Assembly (NCBI RefSeq): GCF_964194025.1
Contig: NC_134474.1
Coordinates: 47,554,001-47,618,000 of the forward strand
DNA: 64,000 nucleotides
Direction of reading: 5' to 3'
Source: Convolutriloba macropyga
Taxonomy: Eukaryota
How positions within the stretch are numbered: the first letter of the stretch is position 1; every line of letters begins with the position of its first letter. The notes beneath the pieces were generated by a model that was not told where the DNA came from, made no database searches, and saw only the letters and a program-made list of their open reading frames with translations. The position numbers were made by a program, and so were the translations under genes. Positions 38,318 to 49,533 of the stretch are shown here, piece after piece.

Positions 38318-41099
38318 ATTGCGCGTTCTTAACAAAAAGCTATGTGAAGCTGGTCAATGTTTGTTTTAAAGGGCAAACAAATCAGCAAATCTTGATGTTG
38401 AAGTGTTTAGCAAAATTATCATTCAGTCAATGATCATTTTAGACTTTGATATGTTTTAGCTGACAGCCGCTCTGATGAAGGTCTGAATGATTGGTCTTAA
38501 TTTCAACTTGTTATATCATTCAAAGGTCACTTCAGTTCAATGCTCTAAATATATTAAAAGATACTAAATTTACTGAACAACTGATAATCTAGGTGTCGTA
38601 CCAGATATCTGATTATTGTAACCATTGTTGCCAATCAAATGGTTTAAACTCCGCTAATATGGATTAGGCTGCAACGTTTGTGATTTGATTCTATATTAAA
38701 CAGACTTTAACTCAAACTGAGTCCACAGGTTGACCAAAGTTAAAGAACTTATGAAAGAAGGTTTGTTCAGCTTTAAACGATTAAAGGACAGCATACCAAA
38801 CAAATATCTGAAGAATAAGCTCAGAAGTATGGTGAAGTGCGCTGATGTATGATTGTTCCAAATTTTGCCTTTTCTGAAGCCTAGGTATAACATAGCTTTT
38901 GTCAATTTTTATCGCGTACAATTTTCAAGACAACCATTAGTTTTCCAAGAGTTTGTGACACTACTTATTGAGCGCGAAAAACAACGTCCTAGTGACCAGG
39001 TCAAAAAGTTGAAAAGTTGCAATATTTCAATGTACAAAAGTAGTATGATATATAAGCGGGAAGATGGGGATATCCTTCGAGATCATTTTGGTATAGGGAT
39101 ATAACTGATCCCGCAGGGGAGACCTTTTATGCTAAGAAACTGGTAATTGCGCTACAGGTATTTGTCTGGAAGGCTTATTGTTGGTATATATACTTCGCAC
39201 TATTAGTGAGCCATTCTAGTTTGTGAGCTAGATATGGGTGATCCTTCAAGTTAAAAGAGTTGTATTTTCGCTACATGTACTTGCGTGGCACGCCTATTGT
39301 CGGAAAATAATCATCCAGGAGGGGGAGGATATCCTAGGAGGTAAAATTTTGATAATTAAGATTCATTTTGTCAGAAAGTTATTTGGTGGAAGGGATGGCC
39401 AAAACGATGGCAACCATAGATCTGAAAATTTTTCTTGAAATTTACCTGCAGATAAGGAACAATTATCCAAAATATGATGAAAGGTTTGTATTTTTTGGCT
39501 GACTCTCAATACCGTGATCATGATAATTATTTGGAGTAAATATTGAAACTCAGACTGTTAGGAGGTGTAATTGGAATCGATAAATCATCGCTAAACAATT
39601 ACTTCAAATCGTTCAAAATAATTCGACTGGATGCAATACTCCATGACGCATCGGGGTTTTATAGCAGAATACAGTCCTAAAGACCCTGGATACTTCTGTG
39701 TGTTACCCTGGCTACAAACAAACGAATATTTGGGTCATATCACGGGAATGGCTCTTTTTCGTTTTTGTGAAGACGTTCAAAAAAATTTATTTTCAGTTTC
39801 TTGGAAGGCTGAAACAAAAAAATATTGTTATAAAAACTGGTCTTGTTACAAAAAACTAGTTTAATAAAAATAAAGTTATCGCTTCTTTCAAATATTTATT
39901 CGGACACAATTCTTTCCTTCCGCCAGTTTCCTACAATTTACTTTCCGCTAGTGAGTTAGTTGTTTACTAAATTTTGACAAGGTTTGTCTTGGAACAGCGG
40001 CACTAATCTGTACTTGTTTCTATCACAAATCTTTGTCGCAATTAAACTTTAGTTACCAATACGGAATTTTTTAACAACGGAAAGAGAATACAGAATCACT
40101 TCAAACAACGAGGAAACAATGAGCAAAAACGAAAGCACAGTGGTATTTCGGTTGGATCAGACTGCCATCTAATGAAGCGTCGAGTAGAGAAGGCGGCTTC
40201 TCCAGTTCTTCTAGTGAAATTATCTTCAAGTGTTACAGTGTGCAGTTACATAACGAATGATAATCAGTTGAAATTGACATAATTAAAAGAACAGAAAAAA
40301 GGATCACGGGACAGAATACTCTGTGAAAACAACAGATTCTCTGCAACACTGAGGAAATTGAGGCACTGAAGAAACATATTTCATTACTTGAATTTTTCCA
40401 AATAAGCCACCCTGTTGCAACAGGAAATGAGGAAATTGAAACCAATATCTTTAGCTAATCCCAAGTGGCCAATACTAGTTCAGGTACCTCTGGACGATGA
40501 CACTGTCCTTGATCAAATTAAAATGTTTGTCACTGACGGCAACGTAGAGTCTAGTGCAGGCAAACTACTAAGTATTATAAAAAAGACAATAAAGACTCCA
40601 ATTATACTACTTATGGCAACGTAGATTCTGTTGTCTACTATGGAAGTGGTTATGGCATGTAGGCATATCATAAAATGACTTAAAAAAGACGATAAAGACT
40701 CCAGATATAATACTTATGAATTCTTTTGACTGAAAGAAAGGATAACAAAAACGCAATATAAATTTAAACATCTGAGTGCCAATTCGATTTTGCGATTGTC
40801 TCCTTTTCAGGTGAGTGTTGTGGAAGACCAGATGGAATCCGCTACTGCCGGGGATTCGAAAGTTTCGGTTTCTGATGAGGAAGATCACAAGAGGCATTTG
40901 TAGATTTGTAGAAGCATTGTAATTCTCGCCTACCACGTTGCAAAGTCGTTCAATTTACTCAAATTGTAATAATACCTTTTTATTGTATTTTCATTAAACA
41001 GGCTTGTTTTCTAAACCCGATCGTGACGATTCAACATTTTGGTTTTCATTGCTTTCATGCACTGTTGGCTACGCTCCTCCAAATACAAAGCTATGAACA

Positions 41100-41760
41100 A
41101 AAATTGTCCACTAGCGATATATTTTTTATGGTTGATTGTAATCCTTCGTGTTGTAGATCAACAGAATTTATATTTCAAATGATATTAATAAATTCATTTT
41201 TACTAGTTCTGAGTTTTTTTCTACTACTTCTACCAACATGAGCAACTAAAGTTTAGCACAATAGAGCGTATAAGTAACAAATTTTTACCTAGCTCATTTG
41301 AAAACTCGTGATTGACGATTCTTGTGGAAAATATTTCAAGGGACAAAGAATTTTCAAAACTGGCAACCGCGGACGCCATAGAAACGTTATTGTGAATTAT
41401 GTTATGCAAAACTTATTTCAGCAGACTAAATGGTCAAAAACAATTGATCTGAACACAACCCGTTTTAATTTGTTCAATTCGCTTAAAAACAAACAGCACC
41501 TATGTTGGAAAACAGTTAGACAACAAATATTTGTTGAAGAAAGCTATGAATTTGCAGCAAAACAACCTTTTTAGACCCTCATTTTTGAGCTAGATCCAAA
41601 AACGGCACAGTCCTTGCGTTACTTTTCAAATATTGTACAACCAGGTCCAACAATTGTTTTATCTACCTTCCTTCAAAGTGGTTATAAAAACTTGACAGAT
41701 GATAGCGAAAGAATTGTGTATGCTAAAACAAATGCTCGCGCTGTCCGGGAGCAACTCCAG
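41100..41760 (+). pseudogene. A32/FtsK-like DNA packaging ATPase relic
   Basis: Decayed Walker A (NPSCCRSTEFIFQM), Walker B (IDDSC), arginine finger GRHRN, QNLFQQ..SKTIDLNTT, YEFAAKQPF, LDPKTAQSLRY. Confidence 0.75.
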
Positions 41761-42789
41761 AAAGTTTCTCAAAGAAGCACCAGTTTTAAAAACATTTTGG
41801 TGAATGTTTGCTCAATGTGATAAATGAAAATGCTCCAGTAAACAAGCAGCTACTAAAATATCAGGAGAATTCTTTTCAACTATTATTATTGAAGGAATCA
41901 GTCTGACGAAAAAGCGAAATATTTTATCCAAAAAATTAGAACTCCTGTGGGCTTTACGATTCTAGTGTTACATTTGCTTAAAGGCCATTTAGGGCATTAA
42001 GAGGAGTTCGTTTTGATCCTTAAAGAATGATCAATTCAACAAACCCAACCAAAGAAGAATCTTTGGATAAACCAACTTATCAGCAGAAAGAAACTCAGTT
42101 AGCACTCCTACAAAAAAACTAATCCGAATTTTGAAGAAAACAATGAGAATAAAAGACAAAACGCAGACACTAATGTGGTTACTGATAGATTGATCAGGAA
42201 AAAAAGAGTAGCGGCAATGCAACAAATGATTTAGACTCTGTAATAATCGAATAGTCTTTTAGCGACGACAGTGAAATAGTGCCAATAAGGAAAAAATGGA
42301 AAGAGTCAGTATTTGAAATAATGATAAAACTGAAAGTGGGGAATGAAAACAAAACAAAAAGAGCAGCATTTTTTTAAAGGAAATTTTTAAATCCAATAGT
42401 TTATCTAGCACTGAATAGACTAATCACTTCCATATTGACGATGAGCTCCAAGGAGTAGAGCTAACAAGTTTTTTGTACAATTTACATAAACCCACATAAA
42501 ATGAATTCCAAAATCTTGAGTGACCTTGATATATCAGCCGACCTGGTTTGTAAAACTCACGCAAAAAGGTTCTTGAACAGTTTAGCAATGAAAAAAAACG
42601 TGAAAGAACAGTCAACTCCAAAACAAAAAAACAACAGCAAATAAGGAAGAAACGAAAAATAAGGAAGAAGATATGAGTCAAAAGAGATAAAACGAGAAAA
42701 CCGAGAATTCATGAAAGGTACAAGAAGAAAGACAAAGAGACGCGTCAAAGGGACTGTGATTTCTATGGAGCAAGTGAGGAAACTTGAAT

Positions 42790-43160
42790 AGCTCTATTAA
42801 AAAGGACCCACTCCATTTGGAAACGCAAAAAGATTGCAGAAATAGAGAACGCTATCAATGAAAAATTAAGAATTAAAATGCTATCAATGAAAAATTAAAA
42901 ATTAAAATTCTGGAAACGAAACAATCATACAACAAATACCGTTCACGTCGCCTCATATTTCCAATACTCAAAGTGCGTTTTTTCAAACAATTAAATCAGA
43001 TCCGTTCCGTTGATCTAGCATATGTTGATAAACTTACAACCGTGGTGTATAAAATGTACTGGTGACTGTTCATCAAGGTATTCCAGGCGGAGCCACCGAA
43101 AGCGAAATATGCCACAGAGACAGCAAAGATCTTCAACAAGGTTATCAAACTAAAGCCACT
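42790..43160 (+). pseudogene. Polinton-type retroviral-like integrase relic (N-terminal part)
   Basis: KGPTPFGNAKRLQ, LETKQSYNKYRSRRLIFPILKV, IRSVDLAYVDKL..NRGV, KAKYATETAKIFNKVIK; frameshifted, with a 29-bp tandem duplication near 42850. Confidence 0.72.
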
Positions 43161-43794
43161 TGCACTAAACGCGCGGAATTCATTTGTTTAGTCCTTTAAC
43201 TGACAAAAGGTCTGCCTTTGAGTGTTCAGTGACATTTAATTTTTTAATATTATAAGACTGAAATAGAATACTATTAACCAAAAACCTTCAAGATGACTCA
43301 TAGTTTAGTATTTTGTATGTTTGCTTAGTTTTATCGACATGGCCTAAACAGCTAATGGGAACATGGAATTAAAATAAACATGGATTTGATGGAGAATAAA
43401 CTGATGTTGACAATTTGGGCCGCTTAAATTTTTGTTTTTTTTTTCATCGTCATGTGCACGCGATCAATTTTTTGGTACTATGTTTACATTAAGGAGAAAG
43501 AGGTTAAACCCGAAAAAAACGCTGATTTGGTCGCAAAAATCGGCAACACAGATATTTTACTTTATTGAAGATCGCTTGCAAATCAAACTACGCTCAACTT
43601 TGAAAGGTAAACGGAGTTGATATCTACAGTTGAATCTGCAGCTTTAATAGTTGGTTAAATTACATCAAAGTCTTTAGACTTTATTGGCCGAATAATAAGT
43701 ATGATAAACAAGCCTATCGTCAAGATTGTCAGCGGTTTAAGCTTTAAACCAAACATCATTCAGCTTACATTGATTGCTGTTAGAGACACGCAAT

Positions 43795-44292
43795 ATGGCA
43801 GAATATTACCTAGCTGGTGCAGCTGGGTTAGTGACGGCCTGGTTCTGGTCCAAATCCAGGCCATCCAAATTCCCCCCTGGACCAGTTGCCCTCCCTCTCT
43901 TCAACAATCTACTCAGTGTGTCCATGGACGAACACTTGGCAGGAAAGCTGGAACAACTTCACAGAGAGTATGGCCCAATGGTATCTCTGGCCATAGCGGC
44001 TAACAATGTCTGGGATGTCTGGATTAATGACTTTGACATCATGAAAGAGGTCCTCCTTGATAGTAGATTTAACAGTAGGAAAGTATTCGGGTTCTTCAAC
44101 ATTTATGAGCTAGACCAGGGCTTGGCATTCGATTCCGGGGAATCATGGAAAGCGAAAAGGAGGATCACAGCTCAAATTTTCAGAAATATGGGTGTTGGGC
44201 GCAACTCATACAGTGGAATGGTGGAATCGGAGGTGGAAAAGTTGATCAAACACATTGGGAAACAAGAAAACAAAGATGATATATGTTTGCGG
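43795..44292 (+). CDS. Cytochrome P450 B (CYP2-like), exon 1
   Basis: Paralogue of CYP-A exon 1; PPGP, WKAKR; cgg|gtatgt donor, phase 0; 166 codons. Confidence 0.93.
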
Positions 44293-46221
44293 GTATGTTG
44301 TCAATCAAAGTCATATATAGTCCGTAATCATGCAAAATATTTTGTGATTCCCTAGCAATCATACAAGGAAGGTACAAAAAGTAGCATATGATGTGCATGA
44401 CATCATATATGATCCAATCTTTGAATAGTTTGAAGAAGCCTTGACTTAGGTAGAGCTTTGATAAACCCTGCTTAGTACTAAATCAGAGTCAAAAGCCGAT
44501 CTGATCAGAATCTGAATCCAAGGATCAGAATCCAATCAACGTCAGAATCCAAAAGAAGTCTTTTATCTATAACCAAGATACTCTTCTCATATATTAGACT
44601 CTAGAAACAAAAACGATTTTTTGAAGGCTTTTTCAATTCAAAACTCAGCTCAACTGGAAAACACCGCATGAATATCAACACAATTTATTGCGATGAAGAA
44701 TTTTGTTTAAAAAACTAGCTTAAAAATTTATTTCCAAAACTGGAATTCTTAATTGGTTCTCTTGGAATCTAAGTAGCTTGAAAAAAATCCAGATTGTCAG
44801 CAGAAAAGTTTTTCTCAGACCCGTTTTGATAACCCGTGTTGACCTTTCTTGACAACAATATCCAAGAACCATACATGATTCCATACAGGCCATACAGGAA
44901 GCTCCTTACAAGATCTTGCCATGATTGCTAAGTTTTGCATGATTTTTATAGTTTTTCGGCCAACTGAGAGTTTGGAATGCACGAATGTGCCAATTAAAGC
45001 ATATGAGTCATGCAACTCAACAAGGTCACATCCTTGATTCCTGTATGTCATCCATGGCATCCAACGTTTTATGGCAAATTCTTAGATACACTTTTAGGGT
45101 TTTGAGGACAAGGTTTGCACTTTCAAGCACTAAAAGCACCTTGCATTGACCTCAACGGGGTCAAATCTATGGTTTCTGTATGGCATCCAAGAAACTTAAG
45201 TATTTTGAAATTATTCGGAAAACAAGAAGCGTTTTTTGTCATTTGGTTCTCAATTTAAAGAATTTGTCATCTGGAGTCACAATTTTAAAACCCAGTAAAA
45301 CAAAGAAACTCTTCTAATATCTTTTCAAATCAGTTGAAAGTTTTAAAACAAAGAGGATAATTCTTAAGATAATTTTTCTATCAANNNNNNNNNNNNNNNN
45401 NNNNNNNNNNNNNNNNNNNNNNNNNNNNNNNNNNNNNNNNNNNNNNNNNNNNNNNNNNNNNNNNNNNNNNNNNNNNNNNNNNNNNNNNNNNNNNNNNNNN
45501 NNNNNNNNNNNNNNNNNNNNNNNNNNNNNNNNNNNNNNNNNNNNNNNNNNNNNNNNNNNNNNNNNNNNNNTTCCACACACGCACAGGGAGAGAGAGAGAG
45601 AGCTTTGTCAAAGCAGTGATTTTAAGCACATGAATGCAAAATTTTGGTAAATCGCTAAGTCTTAACTCCATATACTTATTATGATTCTCATGGAATTGCA
45701 GCACAATAATGGGAGGATAATAATGAGGATAGTGATCACAATAATGGGCATATTGAAGTGGGGCCCACTGGTAAAGATCCAAGTAATCATATGTGATAGA
45801 TCCAAAAGCCAGTTAATTCAATTCATTATTGTGCTATGAAAATCGATATCCATATATTACTTGTAAACTTAACTGGAACATAGAAAAGGAGACTTTTTGA
45901 GAAGACTTTTATTTGTTCTATCTAATATAATTGAAAAGGAAGAACAGATGCCACAACTTTTGACCTGAAAAGTTGCCAGGAAGAACTTGATAAATAAAGT
46001 TTATTGTAAGCTCTGAGTTCTCAGCCTAAAATGTGCTTTCTGAAACGTTTTCTTGTTAATGAGCATTTTTTTAGTTCACTATAAGCAGCTATTTAACCCT
46101 CTTTTGAATTTTTTTTTTCATTTTTCAACAACATTTTGAGTTCTTTTCTGCAATTCGTTTTGTCTTGGCCCTTACATTTGTTTTTTTAAATCAAACTAAT
46201 TGGATCAAATGAACGTTTTAG

Positions 46222-47199
46222 CAAGCTATTGGCTACATGGCGAACAATGTTGTCTTCAAAATGATTTTCAACCATTCTTTCGACTACACCGACCCAAAAT
46301 ACTTAGAGATATTTCACTACCTAACACGAACATTTGAGCTGCAGAACCCTAGTGGAATACATTGGGTTTTACCACTATGCATTGCAAGACATCTTCCAAT
46401 TTCAAAAGAATTGCTTTCATTACGCTCCCAGTTTGAAGCCGAGATGATGGGATATTTCCAAGCCAAGAAACCAACTTCAGTTGAAGAGGCAGAGAACCGT
46501 GAACCCCAATGTGTTGCAGACTACATGTGGGACAAGATTATTCTAGAAAACGATGCGACAATAAGCGAGAAAACTGCTCACGCCATAATAACAGATCTGA
46601 TTTTGGCAGGTCAAGAAACGACAACTAATGCAATTTCTTGGCTAGTATTAGCCATGGTTCATTACCCAGATGTCCAAGAAAAAGTTTACCAGGAGCTGAA
46701 ATCAAAAGTTGGTTTTGAAAAACCTCATGTGCCGTTGTCAGTTCAGAATGAGTGCCATTACACAATGGCAGTTATTAATGAAACCATGCGATTTCATCCT
46801 CTCGTTTATTCAACACTTGATCACACCGCAGATGAAGATATCGAAAATTTCCACGGATATCGAATCCCTAAAGGGACAAGAATGTTTGCCAACCTGGTTT
46901 GCCTCTACAGAGACGAAACACGGTGGAAGAATGCAGGTTCCTATGATCCAGAGAACTTTCTGGATGATTCTGGAATCTTTCAGCGTCATCCTTGCATGAT
47001 TCCCTTTTCAATAGGCGCCAGATCTTGCATTGGGGAGGGGGCTGCTAAGATGGAAGTGTTCACGGCGTTTGCTTCCATTATGAGAAAGTTCAAGATAGAA
47101 GCGGTGGGACATGAGAAACCCTCTTTGACACCTGTAGTTGGGTTTGTTGGGGTTGCCCCGCATAACTTCAATGTCAAACTAATTCCACGAGATGCGTGA
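46222..47199 (+). CDS. Cytochrome P450 B, exon 2
   Basis: ttttag acceptor (QAIGYMANN). AGQETT, ETMR, YDPENF, FSIGARSCIGE. 491 aa total; same intron position as CYP-A (intron 1929 bp including an N run). Confidence 0.95.
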   Translation, partial: QAIGYMANNVVFKMIFNHSFDYTDPKYLEIFHYLTRTFELQNPSGIHWVLPLCIARHLPISKELLSLRSQFEAEMMGYFQAKKPTSVEEAENREPQCVADYMWDKIILENDATISEKTAHAIITDLILAGQETTTNAISWLVLAMVHYPDVQEKVYQELKSKVGFEKPHVPLSVQNECHYTMAVINETMRFHPLVYSTLDHTADEDIENFHGYRIPKGTRMFANLVCLYRDETRWKNAGSYDPENFLDDSGIFQRHPCMIPFSIGARSCIGEGAAKMEVFTAFASIMRKFKIEAVGHEKPSLTPVVGFVGVAPHNFNVKLIPRDA

Positions 47200-49533
47200 A
47201 TAATTGTCAGACCGATTGAATTGTAACAATGGGTTTTGTGTTTTCAGCACGTTTGAACATCTTAATCTTATTCAGTTCTTAATCATACTTCTGGTGTGCT
47301 ACACACCTGAGAAATCTGCTTAGCATATGAATCTGTAAACTTTAAAATTGACAGCGGATGTGCATGCGACTTTATTTTCAAGTAGATCACGACGGAAATA
47401 ATTTATCATTTTTTTAAACATCGTGATTTTTAGACGTTAAAATTGCATAAAATTTGCAAAATTGAATTAAACTTACAATTTCAGTTTACTTACATTTAGT
47501 AACCAAATTTTTTATGTAAAATCATTGCATATGTAAATTCGATCTTGTTTAAAATTCATACTGGATAAGTTTATATTTTGTCATAGAAAATTTTTTTAAC
47601 ATATATTGTAATAAAAACATCATTATTTGAGCCGGACTTAGTGCTAAGTGAATTTCAGTACTGGGCAAGTCTAATTGCAGGTCGAATTTCAGTACTGGTT
47701 CAAGGCTACAATCATGTCTTTTTAATGAACTTGTCAGACTCGTGAAAGTCTTGCCAAGTAAATCCAATTCTTCACCGAGAAATGGCCAGTCGAAATTCGA
47801 ATAATAGCCAAGTTTAAAAAGCATCCAAAACAGGTCNNNNNNNNNNNNNNNNNNNNNNNNNNNNNNNNNNNNNNNNNNNNNNNNNNNNNNNNNNNNNNNN
47901 NNNNNNNNNNNNNNNNNNNNNNNNNNNNNNNNNNNNNNNNNNNNNNNNNNNNNNNNNNNNNNNNCTATTTACTGATGTGATTTCCAATTTGATCCCGTCT
48001 GAAGAAATCTTTAATTGGCAAAAAATAATTTACAATTGACTTTGACATAGGTTTAATTTGGAAACGAAAAAGATTTTTAAACTGTCATTTGCTGAAGAAG
48101 AAGCATATTGCTACACTTCTTGTGGTGCTTTTGAGCAGGCCTTGTCAGTTTCTCAGTATCTTTTTTTCGTTTGAAGGAAGACTTGAGAAAACTTCATTGC
48201 ATATTTATTCTGAAGCCTTTTTGATATCTGGCCAGAAGTTTTGGAATTTTTTTGGCTTTTTAGGGTCTGACCTTTTGACGCACTAAACTGAGTGCCAGTC
48301 ACACAGGAACAACTTATAAAAACATTTAAAAAACTATTAACCTATGGCATCAGAAATCGGAAATGGAGCCAATTGACTTTCTCAAAACTTTTCAATATTC
48401 TGTTTTCTTGTCAGAGATGTCTTAGTGAGGGGTGAAGTAGAGTTAAAGTAAGGTGAAAGGCAAAAGTTCAAACAAACACAACAAGAAAAAACAGGGCATG
48501 GCGTGAGTGAAGACGCAGACAAGGCGTAAGACAAACACATGTCAAACCGACGCGCAGAAATTCGCACAATAAAAGAAGTGAAAAACAAAAAAAAAGTTAC
48601 AACTAAAGCGCTCAGAAACGAAAACAAAAAGTAAGTTCGCCCAAAAAAAGCATAATGGGCCAACGAAGCTAAAAAAACTCAAAACCGTCAGCAAAAAGCA
48701 ACCAAAAACACAAGAAATTTTAAAACAGCTTTTGCCAAAAAGCCTTAATAATGGGAAAAAGGCTTAAAAACTCATATTAAACCAAATTCGTTCAAATTTT
48801 TCAGCAGAATTTTTACCATTAATTGCTTTATTAAAAAGCAAAATTTTGTTGGAATGTTGAGTAGCAGCGGAATTTAAAAACATTTTTAGTGTTATGTTTG
48901 GAACTGTTTTCTTATGGATATCGATTTAAAAAGCTCTCTTTGCAAATTTTATAGGAAGTGAAATGGAAAAGTTTTTCAAAATGAGTAAATTTTTTCAAAA
49001 TTGAGCAAATACACTTCTGTGATCTAAATTGAGACAAATAGACAAAAGATAAGACATTGATGAAAAACAAAGCGAAAGTACAACAGATTTTAGCAGTTAA
49101 CCCAGATAACTTCACAAACTTTATTATCAGTATAATTGAGACGGGTTTTATAATCAATATACTTGAGAAAAAATCCTAAAAGCGCATCAAAATATATCAG
49201 ATAAAAACTTTTTCTTTTTCAACGTCAACATTGAAAAGAGTACACCTTTTTGAAACGATAAGAAAAAGTTCCAGGACATGTTTTAGCCTCTTTGACCTTT
49301 TTTCAATTGCTACAAAGGTATAATGTTCACCGAAAGAATGTCAATCTAAACATACTTTTTGTCAAAAACGTCTATTTAATGAAAAAAAAACATTTTCTTT
49401 TTTCTGTTTATTGAATAATTTAATGCGCGATGTTTAAAAAAAGCATAAATGGCTTAATCTTTTCAAAACAATCACGATAAAAAGTTCTTAAACATTTTCA
49501 GTTTATAGTTCAGATCTACTTAGTTTATATAGA

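Larger units (their letters stand above)
38600..43170 (+). mobile_element. Decayed Maverick/Polinton (adintovirus-like) element; boundaries approximate
   Basis: Broken frames read: LGGVIGIDKSSLNNYFKSFKIIRLDAILHDASGF/IAEYSPKDPGY (~39555-39760); A32-like packaging ATPase (~41100-41760); retroviral-type integrase (~42790-43160). Co-oriented and intronless. Confidence 0.75.
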
